NCBI GenBank assembly: GCA_963674735.2
Contig: CAXXQS010000002.1
Span: forward strand, 1,664,001-1,728,000
Source of the DNA: Myxococcota bacterium
Lineage (GTDB): Bacteria; Myxococcota_A; SURF-8
DNA: 64,000 nt
Direction of reading: 5' to 3'
Below are positions 21,618-30,687 of the stretch, piece after piece. Position 1 is the first letter of the stretch, and each line of letters begins with the position of its first letter. The notes under the pieces are model-generated. The model searched no databases. It was not told the DNA's origin and was given only the letters and a program-made list of their open reading frames with translations. The translations under genes were made by a program, and so were the position numbers.

Positions 21618-21893
21618 ATGACTTATCCGTTCAGAAATCCGCGTGCGGCGACACGAACCATTGAAGGCGAGGCGGTTGCCGTTTCGCCGGACGATGCGAT
21701 GCTGCACAATTTCAACGAAGTGGGAACCCTGATTTGGGAACTGGCGGATGGTCGACACGACCTCGACGCCATTGCCGATCGCGTTTCGGCTACCTATGAC
21801 GTCGGCTTGGCCGAAGCCCGGCGCGATGTGGAAGCGTTTTGCAGCCAGTTGGCCGATCGCAAGATTCTCGTTTGGCGAGATAAGCCTCGATAA
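21618..21893 (+). CDS. PqqD family protein (RiPP recognition element)
   Basis: 91 aa: R.IEGEAV.V......H.FNEVGTLIWELADG......IADRVS..YDV....ARRDVEAF...L....IL, the classic PqqD/RRE pattern. Confidence 0.9.
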   Translation: MTYPFRNPRAATRTIEGEAVAVSPDDAMLHNFNEVGTLIWELADGRHDLDAIADRVSATYDVGLAEARRDVEAFCSQLADRKILVWRDKPR

Positions 21894-21972
21894 ATTATTA
21901 AGGAAACGTCGATAACCGACAAATGAAATTGGGAATACTTTAAGTAAACTTTTCAGTACCGAAAAGAAGGAG

Positions 21973-24900
21973 ATGGTCATGAAACGGATTCCGGAGATCC
22001 TGATGGTGTTGATCGCCACTACGCTATTGGCGGGGTTGGCGGTTGGATGCTCCAGCTCCAGTTCCATCGGCGGCGATTACGACCTGAGCAGCGAAACCGA
22101 CCTCGATGGCGATATGGAAGACACGGAAGAGCCGGAAGGCGACACCGACGGAGATGCGGACGAAGACGGTGATGTCGAAGAGGAGACGGCCATCCCGACG
22201 GTTTCCTTCGATGACGGAGATTCTTGGTCGGTGACGTATGCCGATGATGCCAATGGCAGTCTCGACGGTGTACAGATTTCGGTCGGAATCAGCACCGAAA
22301 ACATCGATGCCGGGGTTGCGGTCAGCTTGACCGTCGGGGATTCGACCGAGCCCTTGTCCGGCACGCTTGGAGACGATGGCAAAGCGACATTTGCCGATGT
22401 AACGCTGGAGCCGGGCACGAACAACCTGGGGGTTACGGTGGACTTGGAAGGCGATGACGACCTGACCGCCGCTGCCGCCGTTACCTTGACCGGTTGCCGG
22501 ATCATCTTTGTCGATCCCATCGAGGCCCAGAGCCTGACGGATGCGGGGGGAACCTGCTCAGCCGACGATTGCGGCGATGATCTCGATTGCAACATGCCGA
22601 ACCTGCAATACAACGTGTCGTTGACCGTCGAAAACGTCGGTGTCGGCCGCGCGGCGGCTCTGACCGTCGGGGATGTCGATCCGTTGACGGCCAATGTGGC
22701 GGCCGACGGTTTGACCTTCAGCATGGTGAGCCTGCCGCACAACGCCTCGCTTCCGCTTAGCGTCGAAGTAACCAATGCTGCGGGCTTCACCTGCGAGGCG
22801 GAGATCAATGTGGCGGTGGATATCCAGTGCGATTGCCATCTTGTCATTGATCCGATTCCCGAAGATTACAATCTGGCGGTTACCGACGATGACGACCAGA
22901 CCGACGGTTTCCAGAAGCGCTTCACCGCGACTTCCGATAACTGTCTGGACGGCTCGCAGGTCAGCTTCACTGTGGATGCCGGAACGCGCGCCGATCCGGT
23001 CGTGGTAACATTGGAAAACCAGCAAGCTGTTGCCTTACTGACCTTGCCCGATGGCTCGCATACGCTTGAAATGGGGATCACCGAGCCCGATACCGCGCGT
23101 ACCGGCGCGGCCGGTCCTTACAGCTTCCGCGTCGATCGGGAGGCTCCGCTGTTCGATTCGGTCAACCCGACCGATGGTATGACGCTTTCCAAGCTCAACG
23201 ACAGCGACCTGGATCTCAGCAACGGCATTCAAATTGCCGTTTCGGGTGTTACGACGGGCGTTGAAGCCTTGGATCCGGCCTTGACCGTCGCTTTGACCAT
23301 CGACGATGTGGATTGGCCGGAAACGGCGGATGTGGCCAACAACCAGTTCAATTTCGCTTCGGTTACCCTGTCGCGTCCCGATGGCGCGGCCGATCCGGTC
23401 GCTATGGTTCTTGAGTTGACCGTCCAAGACGAATTGGGGAATCCCACAACGGAGACGATCAACCTCAACGTGTATTTCGATGAACCGGAGTTGACCCTCA
23501 CTGAAGTCGGCACCAAACCGGTTGCCGATCCGCTGATTCTCAACATCGGTGACGATGAGGACGGCGTTGCAAACCTGCTGCAGGTTACCGTTACCGCCAG
23601 CAGCAACCTGATTCCCGAGAACTCCAATGCTCGGCTGTTTGTCGATTCGGGTGCGCCGGTTGATGGGACGATCGGGTCCGATGGCTCCGTCACCTGGGAA
23701 ATAGCCTTGGATAACGGTGCGCATACCCTGAGTGCCGATGCGGAACTATCGGGTGTCGCCGGAGCCGTTGAGGCCGAAGATGTGGATCTCTGGGCAGACT
23801 GGGAAGCTCCGATGATTCAGTTTGTCTCACCACAGAATAACGATTACGTCGATACCAATGTGATGGATGTTACCGTTTATTCGGATGCGGAGAACGCGTC
23901 CGATGGCGATAAAGGTCAGAAAGTGACCTTGCTGGTCAACGGCAGTGCGCTGGCGTCCGGTCCGGTGGCCCTTGATGCCGATGGATTGGCGCTTTTCGAA
24001 GACGTGGATGTTTCGATGTCGCGACTTTCGACTTTCCAACTGGAGGCGGAGATTTCGGATTACGCCGGAAACGATGCCGATACGCAACTTAGCTTGAATG
24101 TCGACAATCAGGCTCCGACCGTTGCCGTGACGGCTACCCCGGATGTTGGCAATCCCGCTCAAGTCGAAATCCTGATCACGGTTAGCGATGATGCGCCGAC
24201 GGAAGGACGCGATGTGACGCTGACGTTGTTTAACGTCAACAGTGCGCCTGTCCAGCAGGATCAACGAACCCTCAGCCTGGCTTCCGGAGAAGCGACCTAT
24301 ACCTACAATAGTCTTCCCGACAGCAGCTACAGCGTAACGGCTCGCTATGAAGATCAGGCCGGGAACGACGATAGCAGCAGTGACGATTTCGAGGTTGATA
24401 CCGGTTGTTATACCATGTCGATCACGGCGCCGACCAATGGCGTTTTCTATGGGATTGCCGATGCCGTCGGTGGGAACCCGGCCAATGGTGTTGACATTTC
24501 CGTTGTTGTCGAGGCCGGTGGCGTTCGACCCATCCCGGATGCCAGCGCGGTTTTCCTGCAAGTCGACGGCGCTTTGCCGGGCATAAGCGGAACGATGGCT
24601 TCAGGTGTGGCGACGTTTGCGAACGTCAACCTCGATGCCGGATCGCATACTTTGGAAGTGTACACTCTCAAACAGCCGGGACCGGTGTTCTGCTATGCGT
24701 CGCCGCGACCGGTTAATGTGACCGTCGATTTCACGGCCCCGACGCTCAGCCTGACGAGCCCCGCGCCTCCAGTCCCCGCGACGGACCCGCTGGTGTACAA
24801 TCTGGCCAGCACCGATGTTTCTCCCGATGCGGGTTTCCAGGCCGCTTTCACGTATCGCAGTCTGGATGCCGGTGAAGGTCAGGATGTCACGTTGGTGGTG

Positions 24901-27900
24901 AGCGACGGTTCGCGTGCGCAACAGTCGTACACGGCGGCGCTCAATGCTTCGGGCGATGCCCTTTTCAATTCCGTCACCCTTTCCGGCAGCACTTTTGCAC
25001 AAGGAACGCTGCTGACTCTGACGGCGACCGTGGAAGACGAATCCGGCAACACATCGGATCCGGTGGCTTATTTTGCCATCGTCGACCGCCTGGCGCCGAC
25101 TTTCAGCAATATCATGCCGACAGCGGGATCCACCTTGAATTCCGGTGATGACAACGATCCGGTTGCGGAAAACTTCCAGCTGCTGATGACTCTCACCATC
25201 GCCGATGGAACGCCGGGTTCCGGTAATGTGAGCGTCGAGGTGGTTCCGTCCGCCGATCCGGGCAACCCTTATGATCTTGGGCCCTTCAATCTGCAGGCGA
25301 ATGGCTCGGTGACGATTACCGGGTCTTTCACCGAAGGCAGCTACACCTTGAACATCGCCCATACCGATGAAGCCGGAAACAGCGGCGATACCAGCGTATT
25401 CTATCAGATCGACTTCGTGGCCGAACTGACGCTGCTTGACAAGAATTTCGATCCCATTCCTCCCGATGGCGGTGGAGATACGGTTCTCGACAGCTCGTTC
25501 GATACCAGCGGCGATGCCGGTTTCCAGACCAACTTCTATGCGAATACGCGTGGTTTCCAACAAGGTCTGCCGGTTTATCTGTGCTCGACCCTCGCGTCGG
25601 AAGGGACCAATGGAGTCTGTACCTCCGCTCCTGGCGGGGTTACGGCTTATCGCGTAGCCAGCGCGCTGGTTACCGCCGGCTCCGGCGATGCCGGGTCGGC
25701 CACGTTCAGCGATATCGATCTTGACGATCAGGCCACCCGCCTACTGTTTGTCGAAGGTACCGATGGGGCCAACAACTACAGCTCGTCCGAACCGGCAACG
25801 GTTATCGTCGATGCGACCGCTCCGACCGTGGATGCCTTTGTTATTACGGACAATCTGGTCGGCAACGATTTTCCGCCCAACATCGTTCTGAACCGCAATG
25901 AAGGTGACATCGTAACGGGTCTGTTGGTTGTCGATATGAGAGTGGATAGTGCCGACAGCGACGCTGAAACGGTACGTGTTTATGTCGGGGCCGTGGATGG
26001 TACCATCGAAGCCAGCGCGAGTCTCTCTGCCGGTTCGGCGGTTTTACGTTTGCCGGATGTCTCCGGTTTGCCGAACGGATATACGGATGAGCTGAATGCG
26101 GTGGTCGTCGATGAAAACGGCAATGAGTCCGATCCGTTCACATTGCCGGTTATCGTGGATCTGCGGAGTCCCTCGATTGCCTTTGTCGGAAGCGGTCTCT
26201 TGAGCGTCAATGCCGATGATTGCTCGGGCTTCAGCGGCGACGCTTGCGAGACGTCGGTTTCCGTTACGGTCACACGCGCCGCCAATGATCTTTTCGATCT
26301 GGACGGCGGAGTTGTCACGATTACCGATTCGGCCAGCCGGGCGGTGGTCGGTACGGCGGTTATTCCCAGCATCGCCGCCGGAGCTTCGGCCGAAATTCCG
26401 GTTGATGTGACGCTGGACGAAGGATCCTACACGCTCTATGCCAGCGCTGCCGATCCTTATGGCAATTTGTCCGAGACCGTCAACCGGAGTGTCAGCGTCG
26501 ATGTGTTTGCTCCGACGGTGGCGTTTGTAACGCCGTCGAGCGCATCGATTACGTATGATGGCGGCACGGATGATCAGGCTACCTGCGGCGGCAGCACCAC
26601 CGATCAGTACTTCACCCGCTGCGACTGGCAGGTTTCAGCCAGTGGCGTGACGAGTAATACGACCTTACAGCTTTATTACAAGGTTTCCACGGACCCGGGC
26701 GACTTCAACCCCTTCGACCTGCCCAGTCAGGGTTCGACCAGCGTGAGTGCGGACGGCAACTGGTCGATCAGTCGCGCGGATTTCCAACTGGACGGCAGTG
26801 AAACTTTCCTGGTTAAAGTGCAGGCCACCGAAGTTGCGACCGGTAACGTCGGGTGGTCGGACGAGGTGTCGGTTACCATCAATGGTTTCAGTCCGACCTG
26901 GACGATCGCGTTCAAACGTCTGGATGATTCAACGTTTGCCAGCGGCGCAATCTTTGATGAGAACGATGAAAAGGATGGCGATTTGACCAATGCCTCCGTA
27001 ACCATCGATTTCAAGGTTTCCACCAACATTCCGGATGGCGAAACGATGAGCCTGTCCGTTAACGGCAACGGCCCCGCCAGCCAAAGCATCGCCAGCGGAA
27101 TCGCGACGTTTAGCGATGTGGTTCTCAATGAAGGTGCGCAGAACACCTTGAGCGTCGAGGTGGTTGGTTATACCAGTTCATCGGTAACGGTTATCGCCGA
27201 TACCAAAAATCCGGAGCTGGTTTTCACCTCTCCCGTATTTAAAGCGACGTACAACGTGGCGGACGATACGGATACCGGTGATCGTACCGGCGTGTTGCTG
27301 GGATCCAGCGTCGTGGTCAAAACCACGGATATCATGCCCCAGTCGGGACAACCGGGTTACACGGTTCGTCTGGTGGCCGACGATGGAACGAAGGCTGTGA
27401 CCACCTTGGCCACGGCGAATTGGACGACCGATACCGGTGTCTACAAATACAAAGCGACCTTCACCAATGTCAGCCTGCCGAACGGGGCTATTTCGCTGGA
27501 TGTCAAAGCCGACGATACCGGGGCGGCTCCGGTGGATCGCGCCGAACACCAGGGGGCCGTGCAGACGCCTCTGCCGTCGATGACGGTCGATGCCGATCCT
27601 CCGGCGGATGCTACCAGCCTGGAAGTCTGTCTGGGCTCGGATACGGGCACGACGGGCAGTTTCGATCAGGATGGTGTCAACTGTACGTCGGCTTATGCCT
27701 GTAACAGTCTGAGCAGCCGCTGTGACCGCCATGCCGGCACGGCCGCCCTTGTGTGGACGGCACCCTCCGGTGATGGAACGACCGGTAGCGTGACGCCGAG
27801 CAGTTATGAAATCCATTACGTCAAGAAAACCGGCACGGTCGACCCGTGTTCGGGTGTTACCTGGGCGACGGCCAACAGCCCATCCGCCGGTGTAACCGTT

Positions 27901-29475
27901 ACCGTGGATGCGCTCGTTGCGCCAAGTAGCAAACAAGGGGCGGTGGTTACGGGGCTGTCGGTCAATACCGATACCAGCTATTGCTTCCTGGTCAAGGCCA
28001 AGGATGCGGCCGGGAACAGCTCGATCAATGCGGTTTCTGTGGCCCGTGAAGTGGCGTTCATCAAAGAAACGCTGGTGTCGGGTGTGGGCGGAAGCGAATT
28101 GGTCTATCCGGGGTATTACGTCGAATTCGGCGATTTCAACGGAGATGGTTGCGCTGATGTCGCCGTCGCCGATCCTTATTGGGGCACGCAGAGCACCTGC
28201 GCTGAAGTTGACAAGAGCGACTGCACACAGGAGGGTGGAAAAGTCAGCGTGATTTATGGCGATGACGGCGATGCCTGTACGCCTGAAAGCGATTGGGAAA
28301 CCAACGGTTTCTACCAGTCTGCGAACTCGTTTGGCGACAACCTTGGCTGGAGCCTGGGGGTGGGCGATCTGAACGGCGATTGCATCGATGACTTGGCTGT
28401 GAGCGCCTCCCGTTACAATTCCGATGATGGCGGCGTGTTTGTTTACCTCGGTAGTTCCTCGGGTCTCAAAACCACCGCCGGTGATGTGGCGGGTGGTGAG
28501 CCGAGCATCGAACCCGATGTCACGATCGGGTCGGATGCGGGGGGATATCAGGGTCTTGGCAACCATATCGAGGTCATGAACTGGAACGGCGATACGGTGA
28601 ATTGCGGCGGAACCGATAGGCCGGTGCACGACCTGTTTGTTTCGACTTACTTCTATTCGGACTATGCCACCATCTTCTTCCCGGTTTATGCGTTCCTGGG
28701 CGGCTCCGGCTTTACCAGCGGTGCGAACTTCAATGTCACCAGTGGCGACGAAGATTTCAGTGTTCAGGGATTGTACGACGATCCGACCACTACTTATTCG
28801 TGGTACTTCGGCTTCTTCCTGTCTCATGGCGATTTAGATGGTGACGGCTATGAAGATCTACTGATCAGCGATACCGATTACCAGTGGTCGGGCGGTACTC
28901 GCGATCATTTCTGGGTGGTTTGGGGCAACTCCACCGTATCGAGTTCGATCCAAGCGCCTGCCGCGGGCTTCCTCGAACTTCCGCCTGATACCGCCGATCA
29001 GGTCGAGGATTATGGATTCTATGTCGGAGGTGTGCTCGATACCGACAATGACGGTCTTGACGAGGCTCTGGTGCGCAAACTCGCCACCAATTCCGTGCAC
29101 TATTGGAAAAGCACGACAGGCAGCGAGCGTGATGTTGCCGATACAACGCGCTTCTTCCAGTATGAGACATCGCCGGGTAGCACGGATACCTACTATGGCA
29201 TCGAACCGGCCACGGCGGGCGATTTCAACCATAGCGGCTTCAACGATGTCATTTTGTCCGGCACCGGTATCGTGCGTGTCTTCTGGGGCCGCACCGGTGG
29301 CATCAAGAATGACAGCGAAGCGCCGGGCGCACCGGAAGACGACTTCATCAACATCAACGGTCTGTCGACGGTCAACACCTTGCAGGCTAAGGGTAACGGC
29401 GATTTCGACAATGATGGTTCCGCCGATATCGTCGTGGTGGATCAGTCGACCGGTGACGTTTACCTGATTCACTAA
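21973..29475 (+). CDS. Giant (about 2500 aa) surface lipoprotein: tandem Ig-like repeats, FN3-like domain, C-terminal FG-GAP/integrin-like beta-propeller
   Basis: Lipobox LAVGC; D/T/S/G/V-rich repeats ending D.AGN and VD..AP; WTAP.GDG...Y.F.VKAKDAAGN; GDFNGDG, GDLNGD, GDLDGDG and GDFDNDG motifs. The true start may be ATG 21979, given RBS spacing. Confidence 0.85.
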   Translation: MVMKRIPEILMVLIATTLLAGLAVGCSSSSSIGGDYDLSSETDLDGDMEDTEEPEGDTDGDADEDGDVEEETAIPTVSFDDGDSWSVTYADDANGSLDGVQISVGISTENIDAGVAVSLTVGDSTEPLSGTLGDDGKATFADVTLEPGTNNLGVTVDLEGDDDLTAAAAVTLTGCRIIFVDPIEAQSLTDAGGTCSADDCGDDLDCNMPNLQYNVSLTVENVGVGRAAALTVGDVDPLTANVAADGLTFSMVSLPHNASLPLSVEVTNAAGFTCEAEINVAVDIQCDCHLVIDPIPEDYNLAVTDDDDQTDGFQKRFTATSDNCLDGSQVSFTVDAGTRADPVVVTLENQQAVALLTLPDGSHTLEMGITEPDTARTGAAGPYSFRVDREAPLFDSVNPTDGMTLSKLNDSDLDLSNGIQIAVSGVTTGVEALDPALTVALTIDDVDWPETADVANNQFNFASVTLSRPDGAADPVAMVLELTVQDELGNPTTETINLNVYFDEPELTLTEVGTKPVADPLILNIGDDEDGVANLLQVTVTASSNLIPENSNARLFVDSGAPVDGTIGSDGSVTWEIALDNGAHTLSADAELSGVAGAVEAEDVDLWADWEAPMIQFVSPQNNDYVDTNVMDVTVYSDAENASDGDKGQKVTLLVNGSALASGPVALDADGLALFEDVDVSMSRLSTFQLEAEISDYAGNDADTQLSLNVDNQAPTVAVTATPDVGNPAQVEILITVSDDAPTEGRDVTLTLFNVNSAPVQQDQRTLSLASGEATYTYNSLPDSSYSVTARYEDQAGNDDSSSDDFEVDTGCYTMSITAPTNGVFYGIADAVGGNPANGVDISVVVEAGGVRPIPDASAVFLQVDGALPGISGTMASGVATFANVNLDAGSHTLEVYTLKQPGPVFCYASPRPVNVTVDFTAPTLSLTSPAPPVPATDPLVYNLASTDVSPDAGFQAAFTYRSLDAGEGQDVTLVVSDGSRAQQSYTAALNASGDALFNSVTLSGSTFAQGTLLTLTATVEDESGNTSDPVAYFAIVDRLAPTFSNIMPTAGSTLNSGDDNDPVAENFQLLMTLTIADGTPGSGNVSVEVVPSADPGNPYDLGPFNLQANGSVTITGSFTEGSYTLNIAHTDEAGNSGDTSVFYQIDFVAELTLLDKNFDPIPPDGGGDTVLDSSFDTSGDAGFQTNFYANTRGFQQGLPVYLCSTLASEGTNGVCTSAPGGVTAYRVASALVTAGSGDAGSATFSDIDLDDQATRLLFVEGTDGANNYSSSEPATVIVDATAPTVDAFVITDNLVGNDFPPNIVLNRNEGDIVTGLLVVDMRVDSADSDAETVRVYVGAVDGTIEASASLSAGSAVLRLPDVSGLPNGYTDELNAVVVDENGNESDPFTLPVIVDLRSPSIAFVGSGLLSVNADDCSGFSGDACETSVSVTVTRAANDLFDLDGGVVTITDSASRAVVGTAVIPSIAAGASAEIPVDVTLDEGSYTLYASAADPYGNLSETVNRSVSVDVFAPTVAFVTPSSASITYDGGTDDQATCGGSTTDQYFTRCDWQVSASGVTSNTTLQLYYKVSTDPGDFNPFDLPSQGSTSVSADGNWSISRADFQLDGSETFLVKVQATEVATGNVGWSDEVSVTINGFSPTWTIAFKRLDDSTFASGAIFDENDEKDGDLTNASVTIDFKVSTNIPDGETMSLSVNGNGPASQSIASGIATFSDVVLNEGAQNTLSVEVVGYTSSSVTVIADTKNPELVFTSPVFKATYNVADDTDTGDRTGVLLGSSVVVKTTDIMPQSGQPGYTVRLVADDGTKAVTTLATANWTTDTGVYKYKATFTNVSLPNGAISLDVKADDTGAAPVDRAEHQGAVQTPLPSMTVDADPPADATSLEVCLGSDTGTTGSFDQDGVNCTSAYACNSLSSRCDRHAGTAALVWTAPSGDGTTGSVTPSSYEIHYVKKTGTVDPCSGVTWATANSPSAGVTVTVDALVAPSSKQGAVVTGLSVNTDTSYCFLVKAKDAAGNSSINAVSVAREVAFIKETLVSGVGGSELVYPGYYVEFGDFNGDGCADVAVADPYWGTQSTCAEVDKSDCTQEGGKVSVIYGDDGDACTPESDWETNGFYQSANSFGDNLGWSLGVGDLNGDCIDDLAVSASRYNSDDGGVFVYLGSSSGLKTTAGDVAGGEPSIEPDVTIGSDAGGYQGLGNHIEVMNWNGDTVNCGGTDRPVHDLFVSTYFYSDYATIFFPVYAFLGGSGFTSGANFNVTSGDEDFSVQGLYDDPTTTYSWYFGFFLSHGDLDGDGYEDLLISDTDYQWSGGTRDHFWVVWGNSTVSSSIQAPAAGFLELPPDTADQVEDYGFYVGGVLDTDNDGLDEALVRKLATNSVHYWKSTTGSERDVADTTRFFQYETSPGSTDTYYGIEPATAGDFNHSGFNDVILSGTGIVRVFWGRTGGIKNDSEAPGAPEDDFININGLSTVNTLQAKGNGDFDNDGSADIVVVDQSTGDVYLIH

Positions 29476-29494
29476 TCCGGGTTGATTATGACGG

Positions 29495-29528
29495 CCCGGG
29501 GCTGGCTCTGGCCTGGCCCCGGGTCTTT
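29495..29528 (+). terminator. Probable terminator after the giant gene
   Basis: CCCGGGGC...GCCCCGGG stem followed by TCTTT. Confidence 0.55.
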
Positions 29529-29564
29529 AGTTAATTCGGTTAGTTGGAAATCTCTTTGAATCGC

Positions 29565-29593
29565 TTGACAGTCTGGTGACACCTATTGATAAT
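29565..29593 (+). promoter_or_regulatory. Sigma70-type promoter of the small peptide gene
   Basis: TTGACA-17 nt-GATAAT, about 50 nt upstream of ATG 29644. Confidence 0.65.
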
Positions 29594-29643
29594 TGCGAGA
29601 TCGGAAGACCCAAAACTTCGCATTCTTTGAACGAGAGGACAGC

Positions 29644-29802
29644 ATGAGCGACAGAACGAAGACTACGGAACAAGAAGTCCGGAGCAGCAAGAAGCCATAT
29701 AAAAAACCCGAAGTCGAAAGCGCCAAGATTTACGAGCGTTTATCGCTGGCCTGCGGTAAAGCTACGCAGCCTCCCTGCCGCACTCCGCTTAAGTCGGCTT
29801 AA
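29644..29802 (+). CDS. Putative RiPP precursor peptide (52 aa)
   Basis: RBS GAGAGGA; MSDRTKTTEQEVRSSKKPYKKPEVESAKIYERLSLACGKATQPPCRTPLKSA carries a KKPYxKPxV RRE-binding-type motif and a two-Cys C-terminal region. Confidence 0.75.
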   Translation: MSDRTKTTEQEVRSSKKPYKKPEVESAKIYERLSLACGKATQPPCRTPLKSA

Positions 29803-29824
29803 TTCAAGGTCTACAGGTTAGCTG

Positions 29825-30679
29825 TTGCCTCACACATCGGAAGGCTTTTGTATTGCGGGCGTTTTCTTTTCGCTGGATGCTGCGCCTGAGGTATATAAAG
29901 CTTGCGTCATTCCTCGATATCTTTCGGCATTCATCTCCGATGGCATGAGTCGTCACGACTTGGTGCATGCGCGGATCGAAGCGCTTGACAAGCCGGAAGA
30001 ATTCGTGAGCGATTCAACCGTACCGGATGTTCGGATTCTGCCTCATCATCAAGGCTATCGTATTGAAGTTCCAGGGGGTATTTTCGCTAATGTCGATGAG
30101 GAAAACCGATCGATCGTGATGATGATTCCGCGCGCATTGCTTGAAGGCGATTGTTTCACGGCCTGGATCCCATTTTCTTCCCTGCTCCGTATCTTCTTTT
30201 CGATCGAATTACCCAAGCGGAACAGCGGACTTCTCATGCATGCTTCCTCGATTGAAACAACCCAAGGGGCACAACTGTTTCTCGGGCCTTCGGGGGCGGG
30301 AAAATCCACGGTTTGCGATCTGGGGGGTGAACGAAATATTTTGAATGACGAAGTATCGATTTTACGCCGGATTTCAGGCTCTTGGGTCGTGGAACCTTCT
30401 CCGTTCTTTTCCCGCGAAACACGGGAAAATCGCGCGATTCGGCCCGGTCCTGTGGCCGGGATTCATCTGCTAACTCAATCGGAATTCGATTCTCTTGAAT
30501 CTCTATCCATTCCGCAGGCGCTAGCTCCCTTCATGCGCTGCATCATGAATTTTTTGGATGGCCCCGAGGTGGCGGAAAGACTTCTGGAGCTTTCCACGGA
30601 CTGTCTGATGGCCCATCCGGCCACCCGCCTGTATTTCACTCCAACCCCGGCATTTTGGTCGCACATCGAAGCGGATTGA
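29825..30679 (+). CDS. HPr kinase-related P-loop protein (ScmC / lasso-kinase-like)
   Basis: LLMHASSI, LFLGPSGAGKST, ILNDEVSILR, SPF and LYFTPTPAFW; the TTG start is uncertain. Confidence 0.75.
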   Translation: MPHTSEGFCIAGVFFSLDAAPEVYKACVIPRYLSAFISDGMSRHDLVHARIEALDKPEEFVSDSTVPDVRILPHHQGYRIEVPGGIFANVDEENRSIVMMIPRALLEGDCFTAWIPFSSLLRIFFSIELPKRNSGLLMHASSIETTQGAQLFLGPSGAGKSTVCDLGGERNILNDEVSILRRISGSWVVEPSPFFSRETRENRAIRPGPVAGIHLLTQSEFDSLESLSIPQALAPFMRCIMNFLDGPEVAERLLELSTDCLMAHPATRLYFTPTPAFWSHIEAD

Positions 30680-30687
30680 TTTCGCGG

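Noticed and set aside
22077-29472. Multiple long antisense ORFs (e.g. 27178-28827, 24601-25563)
   Set aside because: They mirror the codon bias of the giant protein and show no independent domain signals.
21618-30679. Lasso peptide or PQQ biosynthesis cluster
   Set aside because: There is no asparagine-synthetase-like cyclase, B2 protease or pqqBCE. The peptide lacks a lasso acceptor residue and the PqqA ExxxY motif.
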